A stretch of 47,411 bases of DNA, filler included, from Streblomastix strix (taxonomy: Eukaryota), in the NCBI GenBank assembly GCA_008636045.1. It is 2 parts of 2 records of this genome, joined end to end, with 100 filler letters (N's around TTAATTAATTAA, not from the genome) between each part and the next. Parts side by side here need not be neighbours in the genome. Positions count along the whole stretch, not along the records: positions 1 to 23,657 come from SNRW01000267.1; 1 more part is not named here. One strand, 5' to 3'. The notes under the pieces are model-generated. The model ran no database searches, was not told where the DNA came from, and saw only the letters and a program-made list of their open reading frames with translations. A program made the translations under genes and the position numbers. Position 1 is the stretch's first letter. Each line of letters opens with the position of its first letter. Of this stretch, positions 1 to 12,100 are shown one piece after another.

Positions 1-829
1 TGCTTGGAATCAGCCTACATTTAGTGGTATAAATTAGCGAGCTTAAATTCTTGAGAAATTGAACTATCTCGAGTGTTTTCTTAGTGAAAGATATCCTATT
101 ACTATCCAAAATAAATAAATCATAGATATATGCTTGAATCTTAACTGTACATCTTCTTCTAATTTCTCCTATAGCAATTTAGAGGGTTTTTGTGAAGAAA
201 TACGGACTGTTATGCCATCCAAATGGGAGGCCTGTATAAGTATATGTACGGCCTAGGAAGGAGAAGCCAAAGAAAGGATAGAGAGTCTGTAAAACTTTTA
301 TATAGTGAAAGATGTCTTTCGGGTCTATGGTTATGGCGAAATCCTTCTGCCTGATAAGATGTCTAAATTACTCCTAACCATCCATTTTGAAACGTTTCTA
401 TCAGGTAATAGTATTTATCATTCTGCAATCTAAGATTTTTCTAGGCCTGCCGTCTGTAAGTTTAACCAAGAAAGTTGGGTTGTAAAGTTTAACATCGTCC
501 GTCTCGATAACAATCCTAGATCTTATTTCCTCTTGTAATTGTTTATTAAACTCTTACATAGCACTTTGAGAACTTTAATATTCTCGATAATTAGAGGTGG
601 AAGTTAGAAAACAATCGTCTTGAGGAGAAGTCCATGATTCTGTTGCTCCCTTCTGGATCATCTATTCGCCATTAATTTATTACCAAAACCGGTTTCTTGT
701 TTATAGTCTGTTGAGTACTGGAAGATTCTTCAGATCTTCCTAATCTTCGAAAATATTACTCTCTTTAAGTTTCCTCTCTAATGGGGGGAAAGAGGGAACC
801 TCACTCAGACTAACTATTCTCCTCATCAT
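1..829 (-). pseudogene. Reverse transcriptase pseudogene (DIRS-like), truncated by the window edge
   Basis: With TAR=Q it reads PVLNRLQ..FWQQI..YNPTFLVKLTDGRPRKILDCRMIN..FKMDG..DFAITIDPKDIFHYIKV..YTGLPFGWHNSPYFFTKTLQ..QAYIYDLFIL, the conserved RT motifs in order. There is an in-frame TGA at 401-403, and the catalytic YxDD reads YIYD (119-130). Confidence 0.9.
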
Positions 830-878
830 TAGTCATCTCACATGGCCGCCGCAGGGCCTCCTCCTGACTCAACTCGAT

Positions 879-1982
879 TCATTGAGTAGTTTACTACTGT
901 TGTTGCTGTGTAGGCTGGGATTATACTTGTGTATTCTATTAGCTGTTGAAATTTGATTGAAGGAGAAGACCTTGATGATGCTTTTAATTCTATGGGAACA
1001 GAAATTAGTATTGATTGAATGCTGTCGGTTGTTAGGGAAGGAGTGGCTGTTATTGCGAGAGCAGTGATTACTGATAAAGGAATGGAGCTTGTTGAATGAA
1101 TCCCTGTTGTGGAAAGAAGTTTCCAGGTTATTAATACACAGTTTTCCCAAATCTGTTCCTCTTGACTGCAAAACCGAATTTAGGTAACTACTGCAATTAA
1201 ACTTGATACATCGATAACCCTCTTCCTGCTCCAAACTAGATTCCAGAATATTATGAGTACAAGTTCGGAAACATAGTTTGAATTGCCTATGACTACTATT
1301 AAATGGATAATTGCTTTGGGTCTATGGGTTTTTGTGATTCAGCTAAGATTTTGGCAGTTTTGGCTGATTCTCTTATGGCCTATTTTGACTATTCTCCTAA
1401 AACTTTATATACAGAAGCATTCTTTCCCAAAATGTCTTTAAACTGGTCTGCAACTAAAGCCACTTCGCGCATCTGCTAAGAATCTCTTGCAATAATTCTC
1501 GTAGCATTACGAGCAGTGAGGATCTAGCGTGTCGCTTCACGTATGTCACTGAAGATTAATGCTGTTTCAGCTGCTACACATGCATGTTATGCAGGAACTG
1601 CAAACCGTTGAGTTCCTACCTCTATTTCTAGGTCATTCTCCCCAGAACAGCCAATTACTTCCTTTTCGTTTAATTCAGGACTAACAATATCTTCGTCTCT
1701 TTCAAGGAAACTGTCTCTTTCGAGCTTGTTTGCTCTTTCACTCGTAGGGTCAATAACTATCTATTTTTGCTTAAAGAACTTTACAAAAACCTTCGTGATA
1801 GCATCGAGGAGTTATGTTCTTTAGGTCTCTTCCTATGATTTAGGTGTATTGCTTATAAAATCATAAACCCAGGGCTAAATTGTGATATTTTATTATTTCA
1901 CGTTTTCTTCACTGTCCTAATGCTGCTCTTACGAATCTTATATTTATTTGATACGTTTGTTCTCTTTTGGAAGGTCGTTCAT
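879..1982 (-). CDS. Gag-like ORF1 of the retroelement (~367 aa, Q/P-rich C-terminus)
   Basis: Open from ATG 1982 (frame open back to ~2087) to TGA 879-881 when TAA/TAG=Gln. It lies immediately upstream of the RT ORF. Identity is inferred from position only. Confidence 0.55.
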
Positions 1983-3132
1983 AAGGAAAACTAAATAGTA
2001 TAACTATAATTTTTTTTGTTATGATCTGGCCCTTTTAGTTGGTTCTTGTACTCCAATAAAAATGGAGGTTGCAAGATGATGATTGGTTCAGGTAAAACCC
2101 ACTCAATTGAGTTTCTTAGAAATAAAAATTAAAATATGATCAAATCAAATTAAATATTCAAATATCATTTGTGAAACTAATCAAGTTAGATTAATGATCA
2201 CAAAAAATTAAAAATTGGATGAAGATTAAAGCAAATTTGATGTTAAAAGAAGAGGTATAAGCTAAATGAATTCACCAAGATGCATTTAGAATTCTTCTAC
2301 AAAAACGATAATATTCAGAATTCCAAGATATAACTTAAGAAAAGAAGATATATCAATAAGCATTAGAAAATGAAATAAAATAAGGCATCTTTAAAAAAAT
2401 AAAGAAAGAAGAAGCATTGTTCTTTAATAGGATATTCATCATTCCAAGAAAAGATACTCTGAGAGCAACTTCATATTAAATATAATAATTTCTAATTCTA
2501 TAATTCTTTTTTTAATTTCAATATATCTTTTTATTTTTTCAAATTTTACTTTGTCATCCATATCTAAATTCTCATTTTCTACATATAATTCATCCAATTT
2601 TTAATTCATTTATCTATAACCTCCTTAACAGCAACCGATAACTAATAATCCGCATTATTAGATCCCTCATTGGGTGTTCCTTTTAGTTCAGTAGTTAATT
2701 CTACAAAAGCTTTATCTTTAACTTATTTTAAATGTTTGATTAGTTTTATTAATTATAAAATTTCTTTCAATTGCTGCTAAACCTACTATTGACTTTATCA
2801 ATAATAAAATATATGAAAGTGGATATTATCCCGGCGATTGAAGCAACTTATAGAAAAGAGTTATTTAAAGATTTTAATAATCTCTATTTAACCAAAGTTC
2901 ATGTTTAGGTGATTTTACAAATATTATTACAATTTAATGTTCTATACAGTAAAATTTCGGATATATTCATAAAATTTGCAAATAATCAAATATTTATTAG
3001 TCAGTTTGCATTTTGAACATTTATTAAGATTAAATAAAAATGATGTGTCAAATAAGTTAATACATCAGATAGGAAAAAATATAGGAGTTTAGAATTTTAA
3101 ATGCAGTAGAAATCAATAAATATTAGCATATT

Positions 3133-6100
3133 TCAATCATCTTAGATTTGATAGAATTTATCTAGAAAGGAGAATGTATAATTATTAAAATTGGTTTTCT
3201 CTAATCTTTTGGAGAACTTGTCAGCCGCATGTAACCACCAAACTCCCACGCACCATCTTCCAATATCAAGAGTAAGTTACAACCATTAATTACAGTCGTA
3301 TTTTTTTACCACAAACTCTCTTATTTTACGTATGAAAGCTTCTGAATGAGGTTATTCATATCCTTCATCGCCGAAAAGTATTCGTTTCTGCACTGCCATT
3401 CGCACCTCTTCCCAGTTTTTAAGTGATGTTTGTTGTGTTTGTAGGAAGTCATCACTCATATGAGTCTGGGCATGCGCACTGCCAGGTGCAGGAGTCATAA
3501 TCCCGGCTTATGAATTTGGTCTCAGAATATAGGCAACATCAGCATCTATTCCTGCTCCAGCAAAAGAGATTGTTGTGAAGTCCTATAATGGAGTTAGGAG
3601 TGGTTAGAATGTAGCATATCTACGAAGAGTGAATGACTAGAATAGAGGAGTAGCTGATGGATATTCTAATCCAAGCTATTTAAGAGCACCTTAGACTGTC
3701 TTAGTTCGTGCACAAGCAAGACATGCAGTAAGACATGAGAATACATGAAGTGTCATCTCCTTTGACATTTCACGTTCTAGTGGTGTATCAATCTCAATAT
3801 TTTCTTGTAAATTTGTTTTCTCCATTTTTTATGTCTGAGATTCACTTTTTGTATTCTAATCAGCATTTTATTCAGCTCTGTTATTTGCAGCTTAAGTAAG
3901 TGAATTATACCCTCTCTATTTCTCTAATTCAAATATTGTTTAATATTTTTCAGCTCTTGCGCGTTTAATTCGTGGGATTGCACATGAAGTATCAGTCCAA
4001 CCATAGCAGATTCTTGACCCATGGCAAAGAAAATCAACAGATCGTTGGAGTAATGAGGCTCCCATGACAATATCAGCTATTGCACCACACGAGAAACACA
4101 TACGATGAATGAAATCAAATACTCGTATAGCAGAATTTCCAAGATTACATCCTTCAAATGAAAAAGAATTACTTTATCCACTATCTATACTGCAGATACT
4201 TAGAATATTAGCACTTTCTTCACTTAAGGTACTTGTTGCAGTACTTTATAATAAAGAATGAGAAATTGTTGGGTGCTAAGTTGGAGATTATGTAACTACG
4301 ATTGGACTCTAACTAGAAACAGCACTTTCTACCTTTCTAATTGATTACTGATGTTGTTATTATTGTTATATTGGACTCATACTTAATGTTGGTGGATCTG
4401 GAAGTGATTAGGTCAACAATGTAACTTTCATTTAGGGAAATTATTATTCTTCTTCTCTCTACTAAGAGAGAACTGAAGGAGATGACTGGACAAAAAACTA
4501 TTATATTTACTCTTAAGAAGACATAGAAAGATGAGTTAAAGCTGGAGTTGGAGAATCTTAAGTTACATGTGTTTGTTATGTCGACACTTACATTGAAGGA
4601 GAAATAGAACTATATTAAGAACTTTATTGAGTAATGGTTCCAGATGCTGGATGAGTTAAATCAGATGGAGATGTTCTTTAATCTTTTTTCTTCTTACTTC
4701 CCCATCCATCTTTATTATATGGAGATTTCTCATCAACTTTGACTAAATTATATTATTCAACAGCTGCTACATTGAGAAGAAGTGTGAAGAATAGATTAAG
4801 TGTATTAACGAAAGGTGGTCTCAATTAGGATTCAAGTTTTATTGCTTCTTCTTACTCAGAACTCAACATTGATTCAGAAGCCGTTTAGCTCGTTGCATCC
4901 TGTTATGTTTCTTCTCCATGAGAATGAATTTTCTTATTCAGAATATAAAAATCAAACAACCCACTTCGTACAATAATACCAAATATAGCACTATCAATTA
5001 AATTTTCAAAGTCATTCACCATATCACTGTGCAAACATCCAAAGAAATACTTACGAATTAAAGAAACACCCAAAGCAGGCCTTATCCCATTGCTTTCATA
5101 GTGTGTAGGAGATTATTTATCATAAACTTATTTATTTTCTTATAATTTAATTGGAACATCTTGAGTATTACGAGATGGAGAATAATCATTTGATTTAATT
5201 GAATCATAAGTTTTTAATGACGAAGATAAGGAAGGGAATGTTATTTATTGGGAGTGTGCTTTTTCAGGAGATTATACAGACATTGGAGATTGATCATGTG
5301 GACTGGAATATTATTTGTGCTGTTTGTGAGTTTTTGATTAGGATGAACTCTAAGATGATGGAGTGGTAAGAGATCCTTAAGTTGATTATCCAATTTGTGG
5401 TGACATATTAATACTCTCACTTTTATTACTTTATTGAACATTCTAAATTAATTAAGAGTCTTTTCCTAATTTTTTTGCTTATGAAAGCTCTTTACTTGAT
5501 GTATTTATTTGCTCCTATCCTTATTTAAGAGACTTTATTTAATCAGTAACTATGTTTTATGATAACAATGATTTAGTTGTAGTTACAGCATTTATGTCCT
5601 TTGAAGACAATTAATCAGTATTCTTGGGTAAGGATATTGAATGTTATTCTTTTGACGATTTATTTATGGAAATTTGTTCTCCTTATTTAATAACTCTTTT
5701 ATCACCTGCTTTTTATTCTTCTTCTTATTAATATAATGGAGTATCTATCATTGTCTCAATATCCAGTTTGATTTCTTCAATGTCTACATTTAATGATTAA
5801 GTTGTTGATTTTGGTGCTTAAATCTTTAAGTCAGTTTCTTTTACTTACTAAACAACTCTTATTTGAGAACTTTTGGCACTTCTAGATTACTTATTAGATG
5901 TTGCCCTTTTAATTTTATCTTCATTAGGTAATGTTTCTTTTTTAGATTCATCGGATTCTGTTTCTGATAATTTTGTCTAATCTTTTTATTTGCCAGTAAT
6001 TTTGTGTTTATCTTAACTACTATCTGATCTCTGTTCGCGAGATGATGTAATTTTCTTTGTTTTCTTTTTCTTCAATTTCTTCAACTTTCGACTTGAAGTC

Positions 6101-9100
6101 TCTATTTTATTTTATTATATTTATTCTTTCTTTTCTTTTTCTCTTTCTTCCTTTAATTATTCTTCTAATTCCATTTGTTTCAACAATTCTTCTTATTTCA
6201 AGAATAACCACGGTCTCTGCTATCTCTCATATATCATACTCTCTTCTAAGGCTTTTCTATCTGCATATTCTTCTATATCCATCTCCTAACATAACATCAT
6301 TATGAACCTTAATGATAGAAATGGAGATTGACGTAAGATTCGCCCAGCTTCAGAGCACCATTTATGGAAGTGTGTATGGTATCTGTTGTGGGCATATGTA
6401 TGTAATAAGAATCTTAGCCATGTGAAGAAGAATACACGAGCAGTTTATTTGCGGAGAAGTTCTTTCTGTGATTCAATTTCAAGACGCAACATTGCTGATG
6501 ATGCAGAATATGATGATAAGGATGTAGATAAAGAAGGAAATTGTAAAGAGGGGTTTAATATTAAAGGGAATAGATGAGATGATATTTATGAAGAAAGAAA
6601 TGAATATGAAGTTCGGATGTTTGATGACAAAGACATCACAGGAACAGCTGGTGGTTGGTGTTATTTGTCTTCTATAGTGAGATATTATGTCTATCTCAGT
6701 GCGGCATGAATAGAAGCGCGTTCATCTGGAGCACGAATTGGTTCACTATCGAAGTCTAGTATATGCACACCATCAATAATCATCTCTTTTCCTTCATCTC
6801 CCAACCACAGATTATCTTCAGTTACTTTATTATCATCTTCAATTTATTCTTATTCAATATCTGGTAGACTTGTGAAACTTTGTGCAAGAATATTATCTTG
6901 GGTAGGATCAGTAAATGTAGAACTAATATTTGCGAATGTTTATCCGCTTTAACTGAACTGAAAACTGTCTGAGGTGGTTGTAGCATCAGCTAATGTGTAA
7001 GGTTGTTTTTATTTAAGCATAAATAATAACGACGAATCTTCTTCGATATCTGCAACAATGCGGGAATCTGGTTGTGTTCCAACTCTAGTTTATATTTGAG
7101 TGGATGTTTATTTGCTTGATTAAGACTATACTTTTTGTAATTTATCTGGAGGTATTATTTGTGAGGTAGGATCTTATTGAATTATTTTTATATTTGGGAC
7201 TATTCTAGACTCTTTAAGGTTAGAACATCCAATACCTAAGAAAAGAGATCTCATCAACCAATCATAATTTTGATTGAAAATTTACTTTGTACGCATAATC
7301 ATCTCAACAGGCATTAAATGAGTCAGAACTTATTATAATTTCCCTTTTTTATCATCAAATAAAGATAATGGATTATATTCATGTTCAGATAAACTTTAAG
7401 ATAATTATTGTGTATAAGAACCAGAATCTGTGCCAATTGGATCTGGAGATGGGAGAGTCAATATATTTGAAAAAGGCAATGAAGCAGGTTGAGTGAACAT
7501 GAGTATTTATTATTATTATTGTATTAGTTATTTCTTCTTAAATTCAGATAATGATTGAATATTTAACCCAATTTTTGGGAATTGAATGAAAGCAGATTAA
7601 TTAATAAGAAAGAAAGGGAATAAGTGTAGAATATGCATCTACTCTCTTTGAATGCCCATTTCATCCAATACTCTCTTTTCCCAATCAGAAATATTCTCTT
7701 TATTTGATTATGATGAATTTTATTTAGAAATGATTTATTTTGTTATTTCGTATTAACTATTCTTCTATGCAGTATTCATTTATGCATTTTAAATTAAATT
7801 GTACTATTCTAGAGAAAATTATTCTTTTGAATTTTTTTCATTCCAATCATCCAACGGTGTAGTTCGTTCATACATTAACATATATGCAGAACAATCTTCA
7901 AATTTGGTTCTCTATAAATTCTGCTTCCCTTTAGCTTATTATTAACCACCATAACATGCATAGGCAATAATTGAAGGATCAACCTCTCCTACAATTGTAT
8001 CTGAAAAGACTAACCATCTAAAAGGAGGCCTACGTTCACGAATGAAGGAGAAGTAGTGGCCATTATCAATAGATCCCTAATGACATACAACTCCGACTAA
8101 TCTGTACAAATAATAATCACTTGTGCGTCCAAGTTTTGGGAAGCATTGTGCACGAACTTATTGAAATTAACGAGAGCTATTTTATTTTGAAAGTTTTTTT
8201 TCTTCTAAAGACTTAGTCTCTCCTGCATTATCTTTTTAGTTTAAAGGCAAGGTTGCAATATTTCTTTTATAAATACCAGATTTTGGCTCAATATGTAAGA
8301 GTTTCTCAAAGACATGCTTAAATAATTATATAGGTTCAACATATTATTTTTCTTATTCCGATACTGCCTCAGCCATAAATTCAGTCATATCCAATTCTTC
8401 TTCAATTGGAAATTCAAATCGATCATTAATTTTCTGTTATTAGCCAGTTTTAGCATCTTTTTCAAATCTCCTTAATTAGAAAATCAGTGTATTGGGAATG
8501 TCATTAAATAAGGTTCTTTTTAGAAGTTATGGTTTATCACTCCCACTACTTGTCTTTCTAGTTTTATCAGTTGTATCAGATGATGATTTATGAGCTGTTT
8601 CACTTGGTTCACTTAATCCTCTTAATCTTGTTTAACTATCAGATAAAGGACTTAAACTACTCAATCTTTCAATTTTATCAACTTATTAAGATTATTCACT
8701 TTATTTTTCATTTTTTCTTTTTGAATGGGGTTATTTTGATTTTATATCTGAAGATTTTTCAGCTCTATGTTCATCATCTATTGTCTTTAAAGTTGTCTTA
8801 TCTACTTAATCCTTAGTTTATCCTTTTGTTTATTGTTTAAGAGAACTCGCTTCTTAACTAATCTTACTATGAGCACTCATACTAGCATTAACAGCACTTT
8901 CATTACTCTTACTACCTTCACTATTATCTGTATCAACACCTATACTTCCACTATGTGGTGCAACTGCAGTTGTAGAGTCTCTTCCTGGAATATAATCTAA
9001 ACTAATTTTTGCAATATCATAACTATCCAGTGAAGCAGAAGATAGACTCAATTCAGAAGATGGTGATTCTGATCCAGGTTGTGGAGATGACATTACGACC

Positions 9101-12100
9101 ATATCTGGTGATTGGGTATTACTCCCCTTTCCACTATTATCTGAATGACGCCTTTTAGATTTCTATTCTGATGGTCGAATGTTATTCAATTATTATATAT
9201 TAAGAGAATCAATTATTTCTTCCTTTGGTTCACTAATTGCTCCTGATCTCTGCCTCTTCACATGCATATCATTTATTGGAGTCTTCTTTGCTATATCTAC
9301 ATTTGATTTCAATCTAATTTCTCTACATGTGGAACATTCAACATCATCAAGAATATCACCCAATCGTTACTTTCGAAGAGACTGAATGAGGCCAACGTTA
9401 CTTTTAATATAAATAGGCATCGAATGAGAAAGATCATAATTAGAACATATATGTCCAGCTTCGCATAGGAGTTGAGACGAAGTCAAACTCATGAATAGAC
9501 GTCTCACTATATTTGGCAGTTAACAAGCATCTAAATGGATCTCCATGGCATTTAGAAGCAATGTTAAGAACTCAAACAGATCTTCTTAGACTTGAGGATT
9601 CACTCTTTGATTATCGGCATCACGAAATTCATTTAAGAAATAATTAAGAATTGCATTTCGCATTGGTCTCTTCGCTTTCGCAGTCTTATTTGAAATTTAT
9701 TATTGAGATGATTATTACTTTGAACCTGAAGAAGGTTTGTGAGATGAACTTGGTATAGATTTGGAATCTGGAGTATTGACAACATTAAGGTTGTCTCTAT
9801 CATTCTGTGAATGTGTAGATAATCGTAAATTATCTCGATTTGATCTCCTTTCTGTAGTTTATCTTCCCTCAGAAATTTGCTCATCACTTAAACTGCCCCT
9901 TTGTGTAGTAATATTTCCAGGTAATTATCCTGTTGTTCTTCTTCTTCCATCATTATTGGATCTTCTTTATCCTTATCCATCTCCTTCTCCATCTTCATCT
10001 TCATCTCCTTCTTCTCCTCCTTCTTATTATACAGGTTCAAGATTTGTAATTTGTTCTTCTTTTTATGGATCTAATTCGTATTCTTCACCTCCAATTCCTC
10101 CTTTAATTCCTACACGACCTCTATCTTAATTTATTCCTACATATGATTATTACTAATGTGATGATGACTATTTATCTTTATTGTTTGTTATAAGATCCTA
10201 TGATGCAGCAGCAGCCACACCTTATGCAAGAGTCTGTTTTGGAGCAGGGGCTCCACCAACCATCAGTTATATGAATATATTATGAACTTCTCGCCATAAC
10301 CTCTGGTAATATTCATAAAAGTCATTTGGTAGTCGAGAATGGAGACCAATTTATTCTCTTTCTTTTTCAAGAATATGTGGTGAAAACCAACGAGGAATGG
10401 CTTCTGCTTCATATATAGATGCTATTTAACTTTCATAATAGGAAGGTGCTAGTATCGAATCTGATGCTTAAAATAATGTCTATACACCTAATTTAGATCG
10501 GCTATTTCCATGATTACGTTTTGTTTATATTTAATCTTATTAATATCCATCTTATTATAGAATCTGTTATGGTTGCCTTATATTTGGTATTAATGGCGAT
10601 AATTATAATTATATATGAGGAATATTTGAAGGTGGTAATTAATTCAATTATTAATTAATTAAAGGTGATGAACCTTTAGAAATTTAACTATCTGATTTAT
10701 CTTATCCTCCAGTACTATTTTCAAGAAATAGAGTATTCTCCAAAAGTTACTAATCATTCTTTAAAGGTTCTCCATCCCAAAACATAACCATAGTTCGAAA
10801 TTGAATATGCATAAATAGTTATTAGAAAAGAGCAGTCATATAGCATAAATTAGCATCATTTACAATTCCTCTATATTAAGTTGGCTCGGGTCCAACTATT
10901 AAAGAAGCCAATCCACCTCCAGAATAATAAGGAAAAGGTCTATCAAATGGCCCTTATACAAACCCAGTTATTGCAGATGCTTCATTACTCCTGGGAGATA
11001 TAATTTGCTTCTTTAATTTACTTTCTTCATCTTACTCGCCTGGATATGCTTCTTCTTCTAAAGGTTTGGGTATTTCCAATCCACCGTCTTAGTCTCCAAG
11101 TCTTTATGGAGACAAAGCTTTCAACATATTTCTTCCTGGACTTTGTCTATTGCTTTAACTCTATACTTACGCAATCCCAACAGAGCTTTATTATGAACTT
11201 TTATTATCTTCAGAAGATTAATTTTAACTTGAATCTCCTGAAATTATTTGTTTTATTGAAGATGGTGAAGGAGTTTGTTTGGATGTATGACTACCAAAAG
11301 AAAGTTTTTCTTCTTATAAATTTGAATCTATTGGTTCAGCAAAAACGCGTTATGATTCTGAATCTTGAATAGCATTTGTGAAGCATACTATATCAACTTA
11401 ATTATCAACACAATCTCTTGTAAGCTCCTCCACAAGATCAAAAAGTACTTTATTAACAAGTATCTGTGGATCAACTTATAATACAACTACTTTTGTTTAT
11501 CCTTTCACTTAATCTTATGATAATTTTGATGATGAATTATATTACTGCCTTTGAGCTTATCCAGTCTGTATAAGTGGCTATTATACATTCAATGATTAAT
11601 ATTAGTTAAAATAAGAAGATGCAGATGTAAGAAAATTATAGGGTGAATGAGGGAATACTAAATGAGGCATATTCATCATCTTAGCAACATCTTAGATTGT
11701 TATTGGAAGATCGTGTCTTATGTGAGTTTTGAATATGTCAATACTGGTGGAGAGAACTACAATTGACATTTATCCAAATTTGGGTGAATTCAATGTTGAT
11801 GATGATCCAAGTAATCCAGGAGTTTGTGGAGGTTAAATGATTCCAGCATTTGAAATGATTGTACTTGAATATTCATATGGAGATTCCCATGATTGAGGAT
11901 TTCTAGATGCTGTCATTCTGCTCGTAAGATCATCAGGGAGAATTGGATTTGCAAATATTGATAATGGCTGTGTCTATGTTGCACTAACTACTGAAGATAC
12001 TTCTGAAATTGAAATTGAAGACTATTTCTTTTCATCAATTATGCGAGCAGGTGAATTTTCAACTTTAATTTGAGATTGTTATGATATTTTTTCTTCTTAA

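Larger units (their letters stand above)
1..2090 (-). mobile_element. Decayed DIRS-like (tyrosine-recombinase class) retrotransposon, 5' part: gag-like ORF then RT ORF, running off the left window edge
   Basis: A Q-rich ORF (879-1982) is followed in a different frame by an RT ORF (829 to <1) whose motifs resemble DIRS-type RTs. RNase H, recombinase and termini are not in the window, so the subclass is inferred and the upstream boundary is approximate. Confidence 0.7.

Noticed and set aside
2300..3020. Coding-looking minus-strand stretch (MFKMQTDQQIFDYLQIL...)
   Set aside because: Interrupted by TGA stops and has no recognisable motif. It may be a gene relic but cannot be supported.
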